Assembly: GCF_006345805.1 (NCBI RefSeq)
Contig: NC_043008.1
Location: 10,850,001-10,914,000, forward strand
Length of the DNA: 64,000 nt
Reading direction: 5' to 3'
From: Octopus sinensis
Lineage: Eukaryota
Within the stretch, counting starts at the first letter, position 1. The number at the start of each line of letters is the position of its first letter. Made by a program: the position numbers and the translations under genes. This document shows, piece by piece, positions 24,481 through 37,969 of the stretch. The notes under the pieces were generated by a model. It was not told where the DNA came from. It did not search any database and saw nothing but the letters and a program-made list of their open reading frames with translations.

Positions 24481-26769
24481 TGAGTTTCACCTACATTTGT
24501 ATTATAATCACTAGTCTATTTCAAAGATTCCTCTGATCACGGTATTAATTTTTCCCGCTTCTTCCATAAGATTGTCAAATTTTTCTACTTCCGAGTTCCT
24601 AGACATAAAAGCTCGTTTCTAGCTTTCAGAACAACACCTCAGATATCAGAGATGTACATGCATAGCAAGTAACTTGATATGAGATCGTGTGTTGGAACGA
24701 AAACAATTGCAGCGTGGAAGGTGTTTATAAGCCATTTAAGAAACACACAAAAACCGTTAGATTCACTTCAACATTTAAATTTAGTTTGTCAAAATATTTT
24801 CGTCGCTTTGAAACCGCGACCTGTTCACTGACAAAACTCCGTGCTGTATCTCAGATATCAATTTCTCATAAATGTTTGCAGTTATCAATTATCTCAGTCA
24901 CCGAGGAGATTGTCTCTCCTTCCATGAAGTTAGTATTTGAATCAGTTACTCCTTCAAGCTTTCTTATCATTTCCTAAGATATTCGTGTTTAACTAAAGCT
25001 GATTATATCGCGGAGTCCCAGTTTATTCTATGGTCGCTGGTTACCAAAACTTTTACATCTGGAGAGTGTTAAAGTTGTACTAAGCATGTTATTGCGTCAT
25101 ACATTTAGAGTAGTTTGCTTTCATTCATCCTCCTTTTCTGCTATTCCAATTTTGATACATGTAAGGGTGAATGTTCCCTATGTAATAGTCTTATCAAACT
25201 GCTGCTATCCTCTCCGTTATTTAGCTTGCAAGCTGAAGTATGGATCATGGTAAGGCTATCGAAGTGCATTGCATAATTTTTGAAGTTACAAGTGGGATTT
25301 CTTTAGATGTATGAAACTAGTGTTCGAAGCACATCCGCTTTGATTAAGAAGTGACGCGTAATAGAGTTTCAATGCTATTTATCCTCATGAATCTGTATGC
25401 AATGTTGACACCACTTTACTGGGCAGACAGATAGCAATTAACATAGAGAGATATAACTGGTTGAAACAAACTTAGTGAAAATAAAATCACTTATTCTAGT
25501 GATTAAGCAAAACGTTACTTAGACGTCCTGCAAAAACTACTTGTTTCTAATCTGCTGATAATATTCAAATCTTTTAAATACCAGTAAAAATGAATAAAAA
25601 TCGGTAGAAATGCTTAGTCTAAATAAAGATTTTTGGAGAAACAATTTGTCAAACTCTGATATAACCAAAAGTAATACGGTCCATTTTAGGTACATTTTTT
25701 ATAGTTTATCTTTGCAATGAAATCATTCATATAGTTTAAATAAATGTCGATATCTTGCAAACAACTTGCACATGCAAGTGCTATCAGTCAAAAACTCCGC
25801 ATACCGGAAGCCAGCAAGTGTATGGGGTCATCAAGAGAGAATGCGCGCCGTTTCGGGGCCTACCTCCCGACGGCATCAATGCGCACCGGCTCCCTCACTC
25901 ATATGAGGCCCCGCTTACTAGATTAATGGTTATCAAATAAAGCTCAATATTCTTCTAGCCATCTCTCATCGTCTCTTTTTAACCAAATCCAGTGGCTAAC
26001 CTTCTCCACTATAGTTTGGATATCGGTCATGGTGGTATTTGACTTTACGATGAGTTAGGTCTAACGATAACATCAAAGGAAAATGGTTCAAGACTTGCTG
26101 TTAAAAAGGAGGGATACTATACAATAATTCGATTGGATAACAGCTCGAAATTATAACTGTTAGATTTCAATGTTCAGTATAGCCGCTCATGCAATAGAAT
26201 AATAGCTAAAGACTAGAAAGTTAGATCAGACAGTCGAAGTATGTATAGAGACAAATTTCAAATCAGCCATTGTAATACTCCATGATAATCATATTTAATT
26301 TTTAAATAATTTTCAGTAAAAACTTCAAATATTTGCCTTTTCACTTCATATTATTAAGCTCTACCTATTTTACCTATGTTAAAGGATTAATGTGTATGCA
26401 GCATAAATATTTGCATATCAATGGCATAAATATTTAAACGCCATATTATACAAAAGGTTTATAGAAAATCACACAAGTTTAACTACCTTGGAGTCGATGA
26501 TCCAAATCCAATGTAGCAACGATTACAAACGGTATAGATAAAATGGTCTCTGTACTTGCTAAAATGCATTGTGTTTCATATGTTTTTTTTTCCCGTTTTA
26601 GAAAGAAGTGGTTTAAATTCTGCTTCATATATGGGCAGTCTCTCACTCTCCTCTCATGCTTTCTGCATATATATTAAATATATGTATATATCAATATAAA
26701 TATAAATATAATATATATTATATATATATTATATATATATTATATATATGGTATATATATATATATATA

Positions 26770-26808
<39 letters not shown>

Positions 26809-26850
26809 AATATAAATATAAATATAAATATAAATATAAAATATATAAAG

Positions 26851-26881
<31 letters not shown>

Positions 26882-26961
26882 TAATATAAATATAAATACA
26901 ATATAAATATAAATATATATATATATTATATATATATATAATATGTATATATATATGTATG

Positions 26962-27035
<74 letters not shown>

Positions 27036-27159
27036 TGTATATGTATGTACGTTTATGTACGGGAAAAAGTTATTTTACCCGTAAAATGCAATCTAAGAAA
27101 ATAGTAAACAAGGAATAGATAAAAGCACTCTTTCAATATCAACAACCCCATTTACGATA

Positions 27160-27231
<72 letters not shown>

Positions 27232-27250
27232 CCACCACCAACAACAACAA
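27160..27250. repeat. (AAT)n microsatellite grading into (ACC)/(AAC)
   Basis: Direct inspection. Confidence 0.9.
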
Positions 27251-28507
27251 TAGCAGTAATAAGAAACAATAGCATAATGAAACAATTGAAATTACTATAA
27301 AGAGCAAAAACTGAATAAGAAAAAGGAGAAGAAAACGAAAAAAAAAAAACAACCACAAAAAAACCAAAAATCAGAAACAAACTACATCAATAAAAAAACA
27401 ACTTCTGAAACCAAAGCAGAAGCGGCAACCATTGTAATAGCAAATGCGTAAATGAAAAAAATCAAAAATAAATAACTACAATAAAAAAAAGATGAACCAA
27501 CAACATACAAAACACTATTTGGTATTTTTTTAATCTGATAATCTTTTAGATAGAAAAAAAAAAATAAAAAGAAGAGAATAACGGAAAATGGAAGAAAGAA
27601 CGGAGATATTTGATCTTTCTGTTGAATTCCTGATGAAAGCAAACGTTATCTTCTCGAATGGAAAGATGGGACCGCCTATAAAACGCAGGGTTTTACATCT
27701 ATTTTAGATATATTGCCTTGTCATGAAAGTCTTCACCAAAATGAAAAAAAAACAAAAAAAAAATGAACAACATTCATAGGTTGGTTCTTATTTCCGTTTT
27801 CTTAACTTCACACCCGTATATATTGTTAGATATTAGGAAAACATCAAAGCTTTATATAATTCAGAAGAAACAAAATGCTTTATGTAACACAAGAGAAAAC
27901 AAGTCGCATTTAAAAAAACAGAAGAAACTCAGAAAATAAAGCCTGCCTGACATCACACGCGCCAGTTGTAAAGATATAAAGTGTTAATGTGTTTTGTTTT
28001 ATCATGGAGGGAAATATGGATTAAATACTAAATATGGTAAACAATCACAAGAAAATCAATGATGATGATGATGATGTTGTTGTTGATGATGATGATGACG
28101 AAGAAAAAGATAGTAAGAATAATAAGAATAACAGGCCTGCAAATAAGTTTGGAGAGGTAAGACGATTACATCGACTCCGGTGATCAACTGGTATCTATTT
28201 TGTCGACACCAAAAGGATGAAAGCAAAGTCGACCTCAGCTGAATTTGAACTTAGAATTTTTTCCGGCCTGTTAACAATCCAGCCAGCTCATCGAAACATG
28301 TGTCGAAAGTAAAAATATTTGATAACACCTGCGTTAAACTCCATTTACTTATTCATATATTATTCAAAATATTCAACGTAAACACGAAGTTTCTACCTTT
28401 ATAAACAAGGAGTTACAACACCTTTACTTGTGAGATTTTTGCTGCCCTGATAACTATTTATTTATTTTTTCCGTGTTAATTGTTAACAAGGTAAAAATAC
28501 ACTCATC

Positions 28508-28547
<40 letters not shown>

Positions 28548-28575
28548 GCACGCACGCACACACACACACACACAC

Positions 28576-28655
<80 letters not shown>

Positions 28656-28851
28656 ACACACATATGTTTCGCCAGCGGAACTTATGCTTTCAATACTCTG
28701 CCGTCACATCGCTAACTCCGCTCTGTTCTCGAATTTTCTAATAGCTTCATTTTAGAAGCTAAAACGATTCAAGAAGTTGTCCAAAATCCCCTCGTTGCTC
28801 ACTCTACACCAAATCGTGCCAGATTTCCTGGAACCTCCCTATCCTATGTCA

Positions 28852-29084
28852 CTCAGTTTCTTCCTGTTTCCTTATTAGCCACAAGGGCCCAAATCCTCAG
28901 TTTCTTCCTGTTTCCTTATTAGCCACAAGGGCCCAAATCCTCAGTTTCTTCCTGTTTCCTTATTAGCCACAAGGGCCCAAATCCTCAGTTTCTTCCTGTT
29001 TCCTTATTAGCCACAAGGGCCCAAATCCTCAGTTTCTTCCTGTTTCCTTATTAGCCACAAGGGCCCAAATCCTCAGTTTCTTCC
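28852..29084. repeat. 44-bp minisatellite, 5.3 identical copies
   Basis: ctcagtttcttcctgtttccttattagccacaagggcccaaatc starts at 28852, 28896, 28940, 28984, 29028, with a partial copy at 29072. Confidence 0.95.
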
Positions 29085-29199
29085 AAAGATTTCACGGAAG
29101 CCATGTTGTTACGTCTGATATCACCAAAGAACCACCTCCAAGTTAAGTTACTCGAACAAGATTCATATCGATCTCTTCTTCTTTCTTGGATCAGAGAAC

Positions 29200-29960
29200 C
29201 CACAACAATTCAAATTTCTGCTTCTCAAATTTTCTTTCTTTTTTTTCTTTCTATACTTCACTCTCCCTTTCTTTCTCTCCATCTAACTCTCTCCTTCTTT
29301 CTCTTCCTTTCTTTTCCTTTCTTTCTTTTCTCTCTCTATCTCTCTTCTTTTTTATTCCTAATTGCACACTTTTATTTGTTCATCTTCCCCCCCCCTCCTT
29401 TATTCGTTGATGATAATATCGAGCATCGTCACCAATGTCATGGTGAGGATCATAATCGCGATTCCCATGGTTACCAAATACTCCACCTCCTCCTGTCCTC
29501 CACCCACTTGTGTCCCCCTCCTCCCTCTTCATGTCCTCCCCTTCCCCCTTTCTCTCTTTTCCCCATCCCCTCTTCCCCTCCCTTCTCCCCATCATCCTCC
29601 CCACCTTCCTCCTCACCAAACTCCCCTCCCTTCTCCCCGCTATCCTCTCCGCGTTCCTCCCCATCTTCCTCCCCCATTCTCCTCCCCCCTCCTCCTCCAC
29701 CCTTCACTCCCCCCGCTCCCTTCCTCTTCCTCTTCTCCTCCCCTGCTCCCCTCATCCACCTCATTCGCACCTCTCTTTTCCTCCTCTTTTTTCCTGCTGT
29801 CCTTCTCCTCTTTTCCTTGTCTCCTCCTCCCCTTCCTCCTTTTCTTCCCCTTCCTTCTCTCTTGTCTTGCTCTTCCCCTCCCCTTCTCCTTCTCCTTCTC
29901 CGCATCCTCCTCCTCCTCTTCCTCCTTCTAACCCCATTTCTTCATCCCTTCCACACCTTT
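29200..29960. repeat. Polypyrimidine (C/T) low-complexity region
   Basis: Mostly C and T on the plus strand, with a mixed-sequence island at about 29400-29480. Confidence 0.85.
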
Positions 29961-30236
29961 CTCATTCGCGCGATAGAGTCTTTACATGACAATTTACATG
30001 CATCTCTCCACTTGTTGTTGCTCCCATAACTCTTGTCAGTCTGACCACTTCAGCTACAAACTTCATTGTCTAACAGTCATCTCAGTGTATAAAGACTGAA
30101 ACAATCGTAAACTGGGCCTGCTTTCACACCTTCCCAGCTTTTGTTTTCTACTAATTTGTTATCATATCTAGAAATGAAAGAACGAATTGAATAGACACAC
30201 AAACACACACACACACACACACACCACACACACACA

Positions 30237-30267
<31 letters not shown>

Positions 30268-30498
30268 ACTACACTCCACCACACAATATATGCGCCTACA
30301 CGCGATCCCACGCACGTGAAGACACAGATATACGCACCCATATAACAAACATGTACACGCTTCTTTTCATGAGCATGTATATAACATTCTCTTAATTTCT
30401 CTCTTTACCTCTATTATATGTACGCGTGCTTCATACATATATACATAAATACATACATACATATATATATATGTACAATACATACACACATACATATA

Positions 30499-30538
<40 letters not shown>

Positions 30539-30783
30539 GATACGCATATCTACATTGATATACATATATACACATATATTCATGCATATAAAATCATATA
30601 TATATATATTTAACGCACACTATAAAGGCATATACATATATATGGTTATGTCTTTATATGTATACGCACGCACTCACATACAAATTCATATACACACACA
30701 TATATATATATATATATGTATGTAGATATCGCAAACAGATAGCATTAATTTGATATACTCACTTTCACACACATGTATGTATG

Positions 30784-30815
<32 letters not shown>

Positions 30816-30858
30816 ATGTGTGTGTGTGTGTGTATGTATAATAGTATGTATATATATA

Positions 30859-30903
<45 letters not shown>

Positions 30904-31657
30904 ATATGTATTATATGTTTCATGCACGCACATGCATACATCACATATCTCTCTACAAAATACTTTTAACTATCTCTAATTTTGATTTGATTATTTCCTT
31001 CTCATTTTAACTATTTATTTTTTTTCCTTTTTGATAACATATATCAGGTTTCGTTATATGTCGGATTGCATTAACACTTCCCGCCTGTATAGAAAACTCT
31101 TCTCAATTTGCCTTAGAATACAACCGACTGTAGTCAAAGGCAGCATTAGTTCAATTACTTCCATTCGGATAAAACTTTCCAGAATATTTCAGAATAAACG
31201 TGTAAAATATAGTCACGGCAACAAGAATAAATATTTGTAGCGCAGTTCAATAAATGTTTGTGTTAGTAAAATAAAGGCGGGAAGATGAAGAGACGAATGG
31301 CGGGAAACATAGGAAATTGAAGAAAGCATTTATATAACCATACACTATTACTGCAACGTAATATCCTTGGTTACTAACGCTGAACAAGCTTTTAAAGCAC
31401 AATGGAGGCGAAGTAATGGTTTGAACTTACTATTTAAATAGAAAAGCAAAGCAACGGGCAATTATGATAGCTTAGGTGTAAAATATGGGGAAAGCGAAGA
31501 GTAGAAGGTCGTAAATTTGTTTATTACTTTGTATACATAAGACCTACACGTGCTTTATAACAGCCTTCTCGGCAATGAAAAACTAGTTACGCATAGTCAA
31601 ATACGGGTATTTGCATATATACAACCATGTATGTACAATGCAATAATTATACATATG

Positions 31658-31688
<31 letters not shown>

Positions 31689-31704
31689 TCATATATATAT
31701 GTAT

Positions 31705-31736
<32 letters not shown>

Positions 31737-31861
31737 ATATATATGTATATATATGCATGTATGTATATATATATATACATATATATATGTATATATATGT
31801 ATGTATGTATACATATATATATATATGTCAGTAAATGGTGGTATTGTGTTAGCATTTCTCT

Positions 31862-31907
<46 letters not shown>

Positions 31908-31932
31908 ATAATATATATATATATACATACAC

Positions 31933-31970
<38 letters not shown>

Positions 31971-32152
31971 GCATATGTATACAATCACATAGTCAACTGC
32001 GTGTATATTTGCTTACATAAATATGCAGGTACAAATGAATAAGCATGTATATATATATATATACACGTGGGTGTGTGTGTATGTATGTGTGTTTGTATAA
32101 ATATGTATAATATACATATTTACATATTATACATATATATATATATATATAT

Positions 32153-32187
<35 letters not shown>

Positions 32188-32523
32188 CGTCTGTAAGCGT
32201 ACAAGCATACACAAACACATCAACCACAGACATATAGACATATACGCAAAGTATACGCTAATTCGTTTACTATTAAATAGATCTGCACATAGCTTTTTAT
32301 AAGCATTCAGCTCGTCACAAATATATGTCAATAGAAATACATTGCCCATATTTTGATCAATACGCACATAATACAAACATTGCTACACAGAATGAAATAT
32401 ACTGTCGCTTTCTCTCTCTCTTTCTCTCTACATATATATTGCAGTGCAGTTTTATTAGACGCGCACTTCTGGTACACGTTTTCTCGCAAGGTTACCACCA
32501 CACATATGCATATATATATATAG

Positions 32524-32570
<47 letters not shown>

Positions 32571-32842
32571 CATACACATATATATATATGTATACATACA
32601 TACAAACTTATATATATATATATTTGTATATATACACAAACACATAAACACACACATTTTGACATACATAAAACATGCTCACTCTGTCTCTCTCTGTGTT
32701 TGTATATACACATAAAACACAAACACACACATACATATATATGTAAATAGGAAGTGTAAGTTCACACTCCCACACATGTGTGCATAAGTATATATATATA
32801 TATGTGTATGTATATATGTATGTATGTGTGTATATATATGTT

Positions 32843-32881
<39 letters not shown>

Positions 32882-32982
32882 TATATATATATGTCTACAT
32901 ACGTATGTGCATATATATATATATTCATATATATATTTATATATATATATAAATGTGGTTATACATATATATGGATATATAC

Positions 32983-33022
<40 letters not shown>

Positions 33023-33024
33023 GT

Positions 33025-33076
<52 letters not shown>

Positions 33077-33340
33077 ATGTGAGTATACATAACACCTGTA
33101 TACGAACACTTACAAGCGCAAATATATATGAAATAAATAAATACGAATCGAAAGAAAAATGGAAAGAGAGATTGATGATGGAGATGCTGAATGGTGGGGG
33201 TGGGGTGGGGGTGGAAGCTACAGACGTAATGTTTCCTCGAGATCAAATGCTTCATTGTTACAGCAAATGGATGGTTGGATGAACGTAGAACAAAACGTAA
33301 AACCAAAAGCTATATTGTTAATGAAAATGAGTTATCACTG

Positions 33341-33446
33341 TATAAACACACACACACAGTATAAACTGTGTATAAACGCACACACACAGTATAAACTGTG
33401 TATAAACACACACACACAGTATAAACTGTGTATAAACACACACACA
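33341..33446. repeat. 30-bp minisatellite, 3.5 copies
   Basis: tataaacacacacacacagtataaactgtg repeated. Confidence 0.9.
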
Positions 33447-34102
33447 TAGCCGACAAAAACCGAGAGTTGAAAGCCAGAAATCTTCTCCTTTGGGATGCAT
33501 TCATCAAAGTGCATCCAGCTACTTGCAATATATATCCAATTTGTCACATTTCAAATCTGCTTTGCCATTGAATTTACGCTATGCGCACTATAAAACTAAT
33601 TGTTGGTTGCGGAGGAGAATGTTATGTTAAATTTAGAGCTCTGTGGCTTAAATATACACTTTTCTACTATGCCTGTATTATATTAGTAACTTAATCCTCG
33701 GCTTTATAAACGCCAATACGTTTATACCACTTGTATTACTTTCCATATATTCAATTTCAATTTTCGGAATGAAATCCTGCTATTAAGGGAATTCTTTGCG
33801 ACTCTGCTATTTGTACATTGGGTTTTTAGTGGTTTAGTGGTTGGCATCCGTATGGAAATCTAAAGCTGAATAATAAGTAATTTTAAGCCAAGTAATAAGG
33901 TGAAAGGACTTGAGGGAATTGTTTGGAATCGATTCGCAGAGTTTGCCGGAAAATATATATCTGTACACATAATATTTTAAAGTGGATGATATGAAAGCTA
34001 CGGCAACTTAAGATGAATGTTCGTAGATTTTATTAGATCTGATCTCGTTGCTGTTTAATTTTAGGATTAACGATAGGACAAACAATGAAGGAAATCGGAA
34101 AC

Positions 34103-34139
<37 letters not shown>

Positions 34140-34190
34140 GAGAGAGAGTGTGAAAAGGAGAGAATAATGACACAATCAACAACACACACA

Positions 34191-34233
<43 letters not shown>

Positions 34234-34276
34234 ACATACATACATATATATATATATGTATATGTATACATATATA

Positions 34277-34348
<72 letters not shown>

Positions 34349-34407
34349 CATATATATATATATGTATATGTATACATACATACATATATATATATGTATA
34401 TGTATAC

Positions 34408-34442
<35 letters not shown>

Positions 34443-35115
34443 TATATACACAAACATAAATGTGGTTATACATATATATGGATATATACGTATATATATA
34501 GTTTTAATTGTGTGCTATTTTTATCGATCCTTTCGAGGTGAAAGATCAAGCCAAGCCGATCAGTTTGAACTTTCAAACTCTCAAAACAACAACAAGCCAA
34601 CCAATCAAACTATGATCTATCACCAATTCCAATCATAAGTTCTATTACTCTTCTTCTAAACATCATCGCCACCTCCGCCCTCGACCGAGTTTAAAAACAA
34701 CGAATATTTCCCAATATTATGAATACTACAGAGGGCAGTGACAGAAATGGCAAAGTGCTGAACGCAGTGCTTTACGATATTTAGTTATGTTGCTTTTAAG
34801 TTCAACGTTCAAAAATTCCCGAGTCTCACTTTACCTTACATTTTCGCCTGGGTTGATGTAATATATATCAATTCTATAACAGGATACTCTCAGTAATAGA
34901 GCGGGATCAATTCGAATTGATTGCCTTGTTCCAAACTCTAAAGTCTCGAGATTCAGTTAGAAGGCAGACGCAATGCATTGCAGTATTTCGTTACGGTCCT
35001 TTACTTTCTAAGTTCAAATTCCACTCAGTTCATCTTTATCTTCGATCTTTCTAGGTCAACAAAATAAAGTATCCACCGATCACTGATATCTATATAATTT
35101 ACTATCCTTTTTACA

Positions 35116-35348
35116 AAAGGCAGCAAGCTGGCAGACTCGTTAGCGCGCCGGGCGAAATACTTAGCGGTATTTCGTCTGTCGTTACGTTCTGAGTTCAAAT
35201 TCCTCCGAGGTCGACTTTGCCTTTCATCCTTTCAGGGTTTATAAATTAAGTACCAGTTTCGCACTTGGTCGATGTAATCGTCTTAATCCCTTTGTCTGTC
35301 CTTGTTTGTCCCCTCTATGTTTAGCCTCTTGTAGGCAATAAAGAAATA
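35116..35348 (+). mobile_element. SINE family B with an imperfect ~24-bp target-site duplication
   Basis: tatataatttacta..c.ttttac flanks both ends (35091-35114 and about 35347-35369). Confidence 0.9.
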
Positions 35349-36737
35349 TATAATTTACTAATCTTTTACCATAAATCTGAGGTCCTGCAGCTATTTAAGA
35401 AATGGATGTTGTAACTATTGTTTTGTACGTCGACTGGTAGAATCTGAATCGTGTTAGACAAAATGACTTTTGCTATTCAGTTGCGTTTCTTTATGTTCTT
35501 AAGATCAAATCACAGTCGCTCCAAGATCACTTTTATCCATCCTTCCTGGATTCATTCTTACCGGTCAATTCCAAATTTGATTCATGAGAAAATGCCCCTA
35601 TCCCATATATATATGGTCTTGTGTCATATATACATATGTTACGTAAATATTTTCAGTCATGCAACAGGACTTGATGACTAAGGTCATCTCAAATTGAGTG
35701 CTTTGCTAAATTAGGTTCCATCTTACTCGTTCACGTGTTCAATTTCCATCGAAGAGAATTTTGTTATCACCTCTCCTAGGTTAACAGAACGCTATGTCCT
35801 TTGCACCACCATCTATCAAATTTATATCTCCCAATTAACAACTCTTGTAATTGAAGCAGAAATAATTATTACCTGAATCAGAGATAAAAGCAGAACCAAA
35901 TAGTTTCAAGTCCTCTTGAAGAGAATGAGTTTTAAAATATTTTAAGTCGTCTCAGACCAGCTGATGGAACAGGCCTATCATGAAAGAGTTCCTGTCACGC
36001 CTATTCCATATAGTATTCATAGCGCATAAGGTGCCACCTTTTCAAGTGTGTTCTTCTCCATTTAGATACGAGTTGAAGATTTAGGAGTCATTTTTTCGCG
36101 CAAGGCAAGTCACCAGAGAGCCAACAAAATAGCCTCGATCGCTGTTTCAATATATTTTATTGAAAGGAGGTAGAGATAGAACCTGATATAAAGTCATATT
36201 GATTTCGTAGATTTGTATGTCGTGTTTTCGCTTATTTTACTTCATACAAACCCCAACGTTTAATAGAAATTGCATAATTTTGTTGCATCATTCACTAATT
36301 CACATTGTTCTTCTTCCAGTACCGCGGCAACGAAGTTTCTTTATTGTTATTTTTCTTCAGCGGTGCAAGTAATTGAGTAATTATCTCTACCACAGAATAA
36401 ACAGTGAGAAACCGTTACCCAATAATCAAAAGAAAAAGGAAATGAGGTGCAAGATGTGGTGGTGAAAGAACGATAAAAAAACACTATATTAACACCTAGA
36501 AATGAATAAATCTATTTTAAGAGTTTTAAGCAAGGATCTAAACGAATCTTCTGACGTTATTATTAGCAATAATCACCATATTGTTGTCCACTTTATAGAA
36601 TAATAGGTAGTGGGTAGTGACCGTAGGTATTGAGTCCTGGTCTCAGTTAGCTTTATCTAGCCAGCTTTATCTGACACTACGTGGTATGATCTTCGACCAG
36701 GTTTACGCACACGTAACGAAAACCATTGAAATATGAT

Positions 36738-36964
36738 GGCGAGCTGGCAGAAACCGTTAGCACGCCGGGCGAAATGCGTAGCCGTATTTCGTCTGCCGTT
36801 ACGTTCTGAGTTCAAATTACGCCGAGGTCGACTTTGCCTTTCATCCTTTCGGGGTCGATAAATTAAGTACCAGTTACGCACTGGGGTCGATGTAATCGAC
36901 TTAATCCGTTTGTCTGTCCTTGTTTGTCCCCTCTATGTTTAGCTCCTTGTGGGCAATAAAGAAA
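36738..36964 (+). mobile_element. SINE family B, full length
   Basis: ggcgagctggcagaaaccgttagc...aataaagaaa. Confidence 0.9.
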
Positions 36965-37930
36965 CAGATGATGTCTAGTGAGAGACATTTCCTCTTCATA
37001 GTCATTTTATAACCGCTTCATTTAGAGAACGTCACGCAATAAAAAACACTAGTGAGAGGTGAATCTTATGCCGGTCATGTAAAACAATGACCAGAAGACA
37101 TGCATCAGTTAATTTTGAAAAGGTAGATTTATAATCAGGATTCAGATGGCCCAAGAATATTGCCTGGTAGTGTAGAAAGAACGCATGCTCCGGGAAAAAA
37201 TGTGTGGTTTGTCTTGATTGAGGTTGTCAAATGAATAAATGAATGAACAAGTGGAATAATTCTGTTGCGTCTATGAGTTATTAGCTTCATCTTCACCAAT
37301 CAAAACAGCCCCATCATCAAATATAATTGAAACATTCAAACAAGTTATGCCTCTGGACAGTGTTTCATTGGAGTTGTGTAAAAGTTAGAGATGTATATCT
37401 TCTTGATCTAAGCTGCCAGAATTGGTGTATAGAACCAAATCTATCGAATAGCATAGCATCATCGAAAAGTACTTTTGTGAAAATGTTGTATCAATAGATT
37501 CCCTAAAAGGTGAAGCCAAAATGTTTATTTCTTATACAGAAACGAATAATTAGCATTCTCAAATTCGTTGATACAAATTCTATAAAAATGTCTTGGAGTT
37601 AGTGAAAGGAAAGTATTGCAAACTGCAAACTTCGAGAGCTCCTGGGCATTTAACATTTTCCAAGGTTGCTTTATTAAAGACCAGCCGAGTTAGGAACTGC
37701 CACCAAGATATCTCCACCAGCGAATTCTCTCATTCATACCACTGTAACAAAATGTACATAACAATACCACTTATATATTAAATCAGTATTTGGCCTAACA
37801 AGGGTATTTTCAGCAGCATTTAGGTTTGTGTTTCTGCAAAGAATAATTTCAGCTTCCACTGACGTCACGAACAATGAAAGAAAATAACGTTAATGTCGAA
37901 TCAGAATATGTTTTCTTCTTTTCCTTTTAG

Positions 37931-37969
37931 CATTATGGCCAATGGCGAATAGAAAATCTGTGTTGTTAT
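37931..37969 (+). CDS. Candidate 39-nt micro-exon (HYGQWRIENLCCY in phase 0), product unknown
   Basis: Strong acceptor ttttcttcttttccttttag| and strong donor |gtaagt; length is a multiple of 3 and two frames are open. Confidence 0.35.

Noticed and set aside
27590-27690. Possible minus-strand exon (GPIFPFEKITFAF...)
   Set aside because: An acceptor is present but I found no convincing donor, and the frame runs into T-rich low complexity.
28852-29084. CRISPR-like appearance of the 44-bp repeats
   Set aside because: Repeats are directly adjacent with no spacers, there are no cas genes, and the context is eukaryotic.
29103-30029. 308-aa Pro/Leu/Ser-rich ORF and overlapping ORFs
   Set aside because: Artefact of a polypyrimidine low-complexity tract.
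35700-36150. LINE-like peptides (DLGV, LQEDL)
   Set aside because: They fall on opposite strands or in the wrong order; likely chance.
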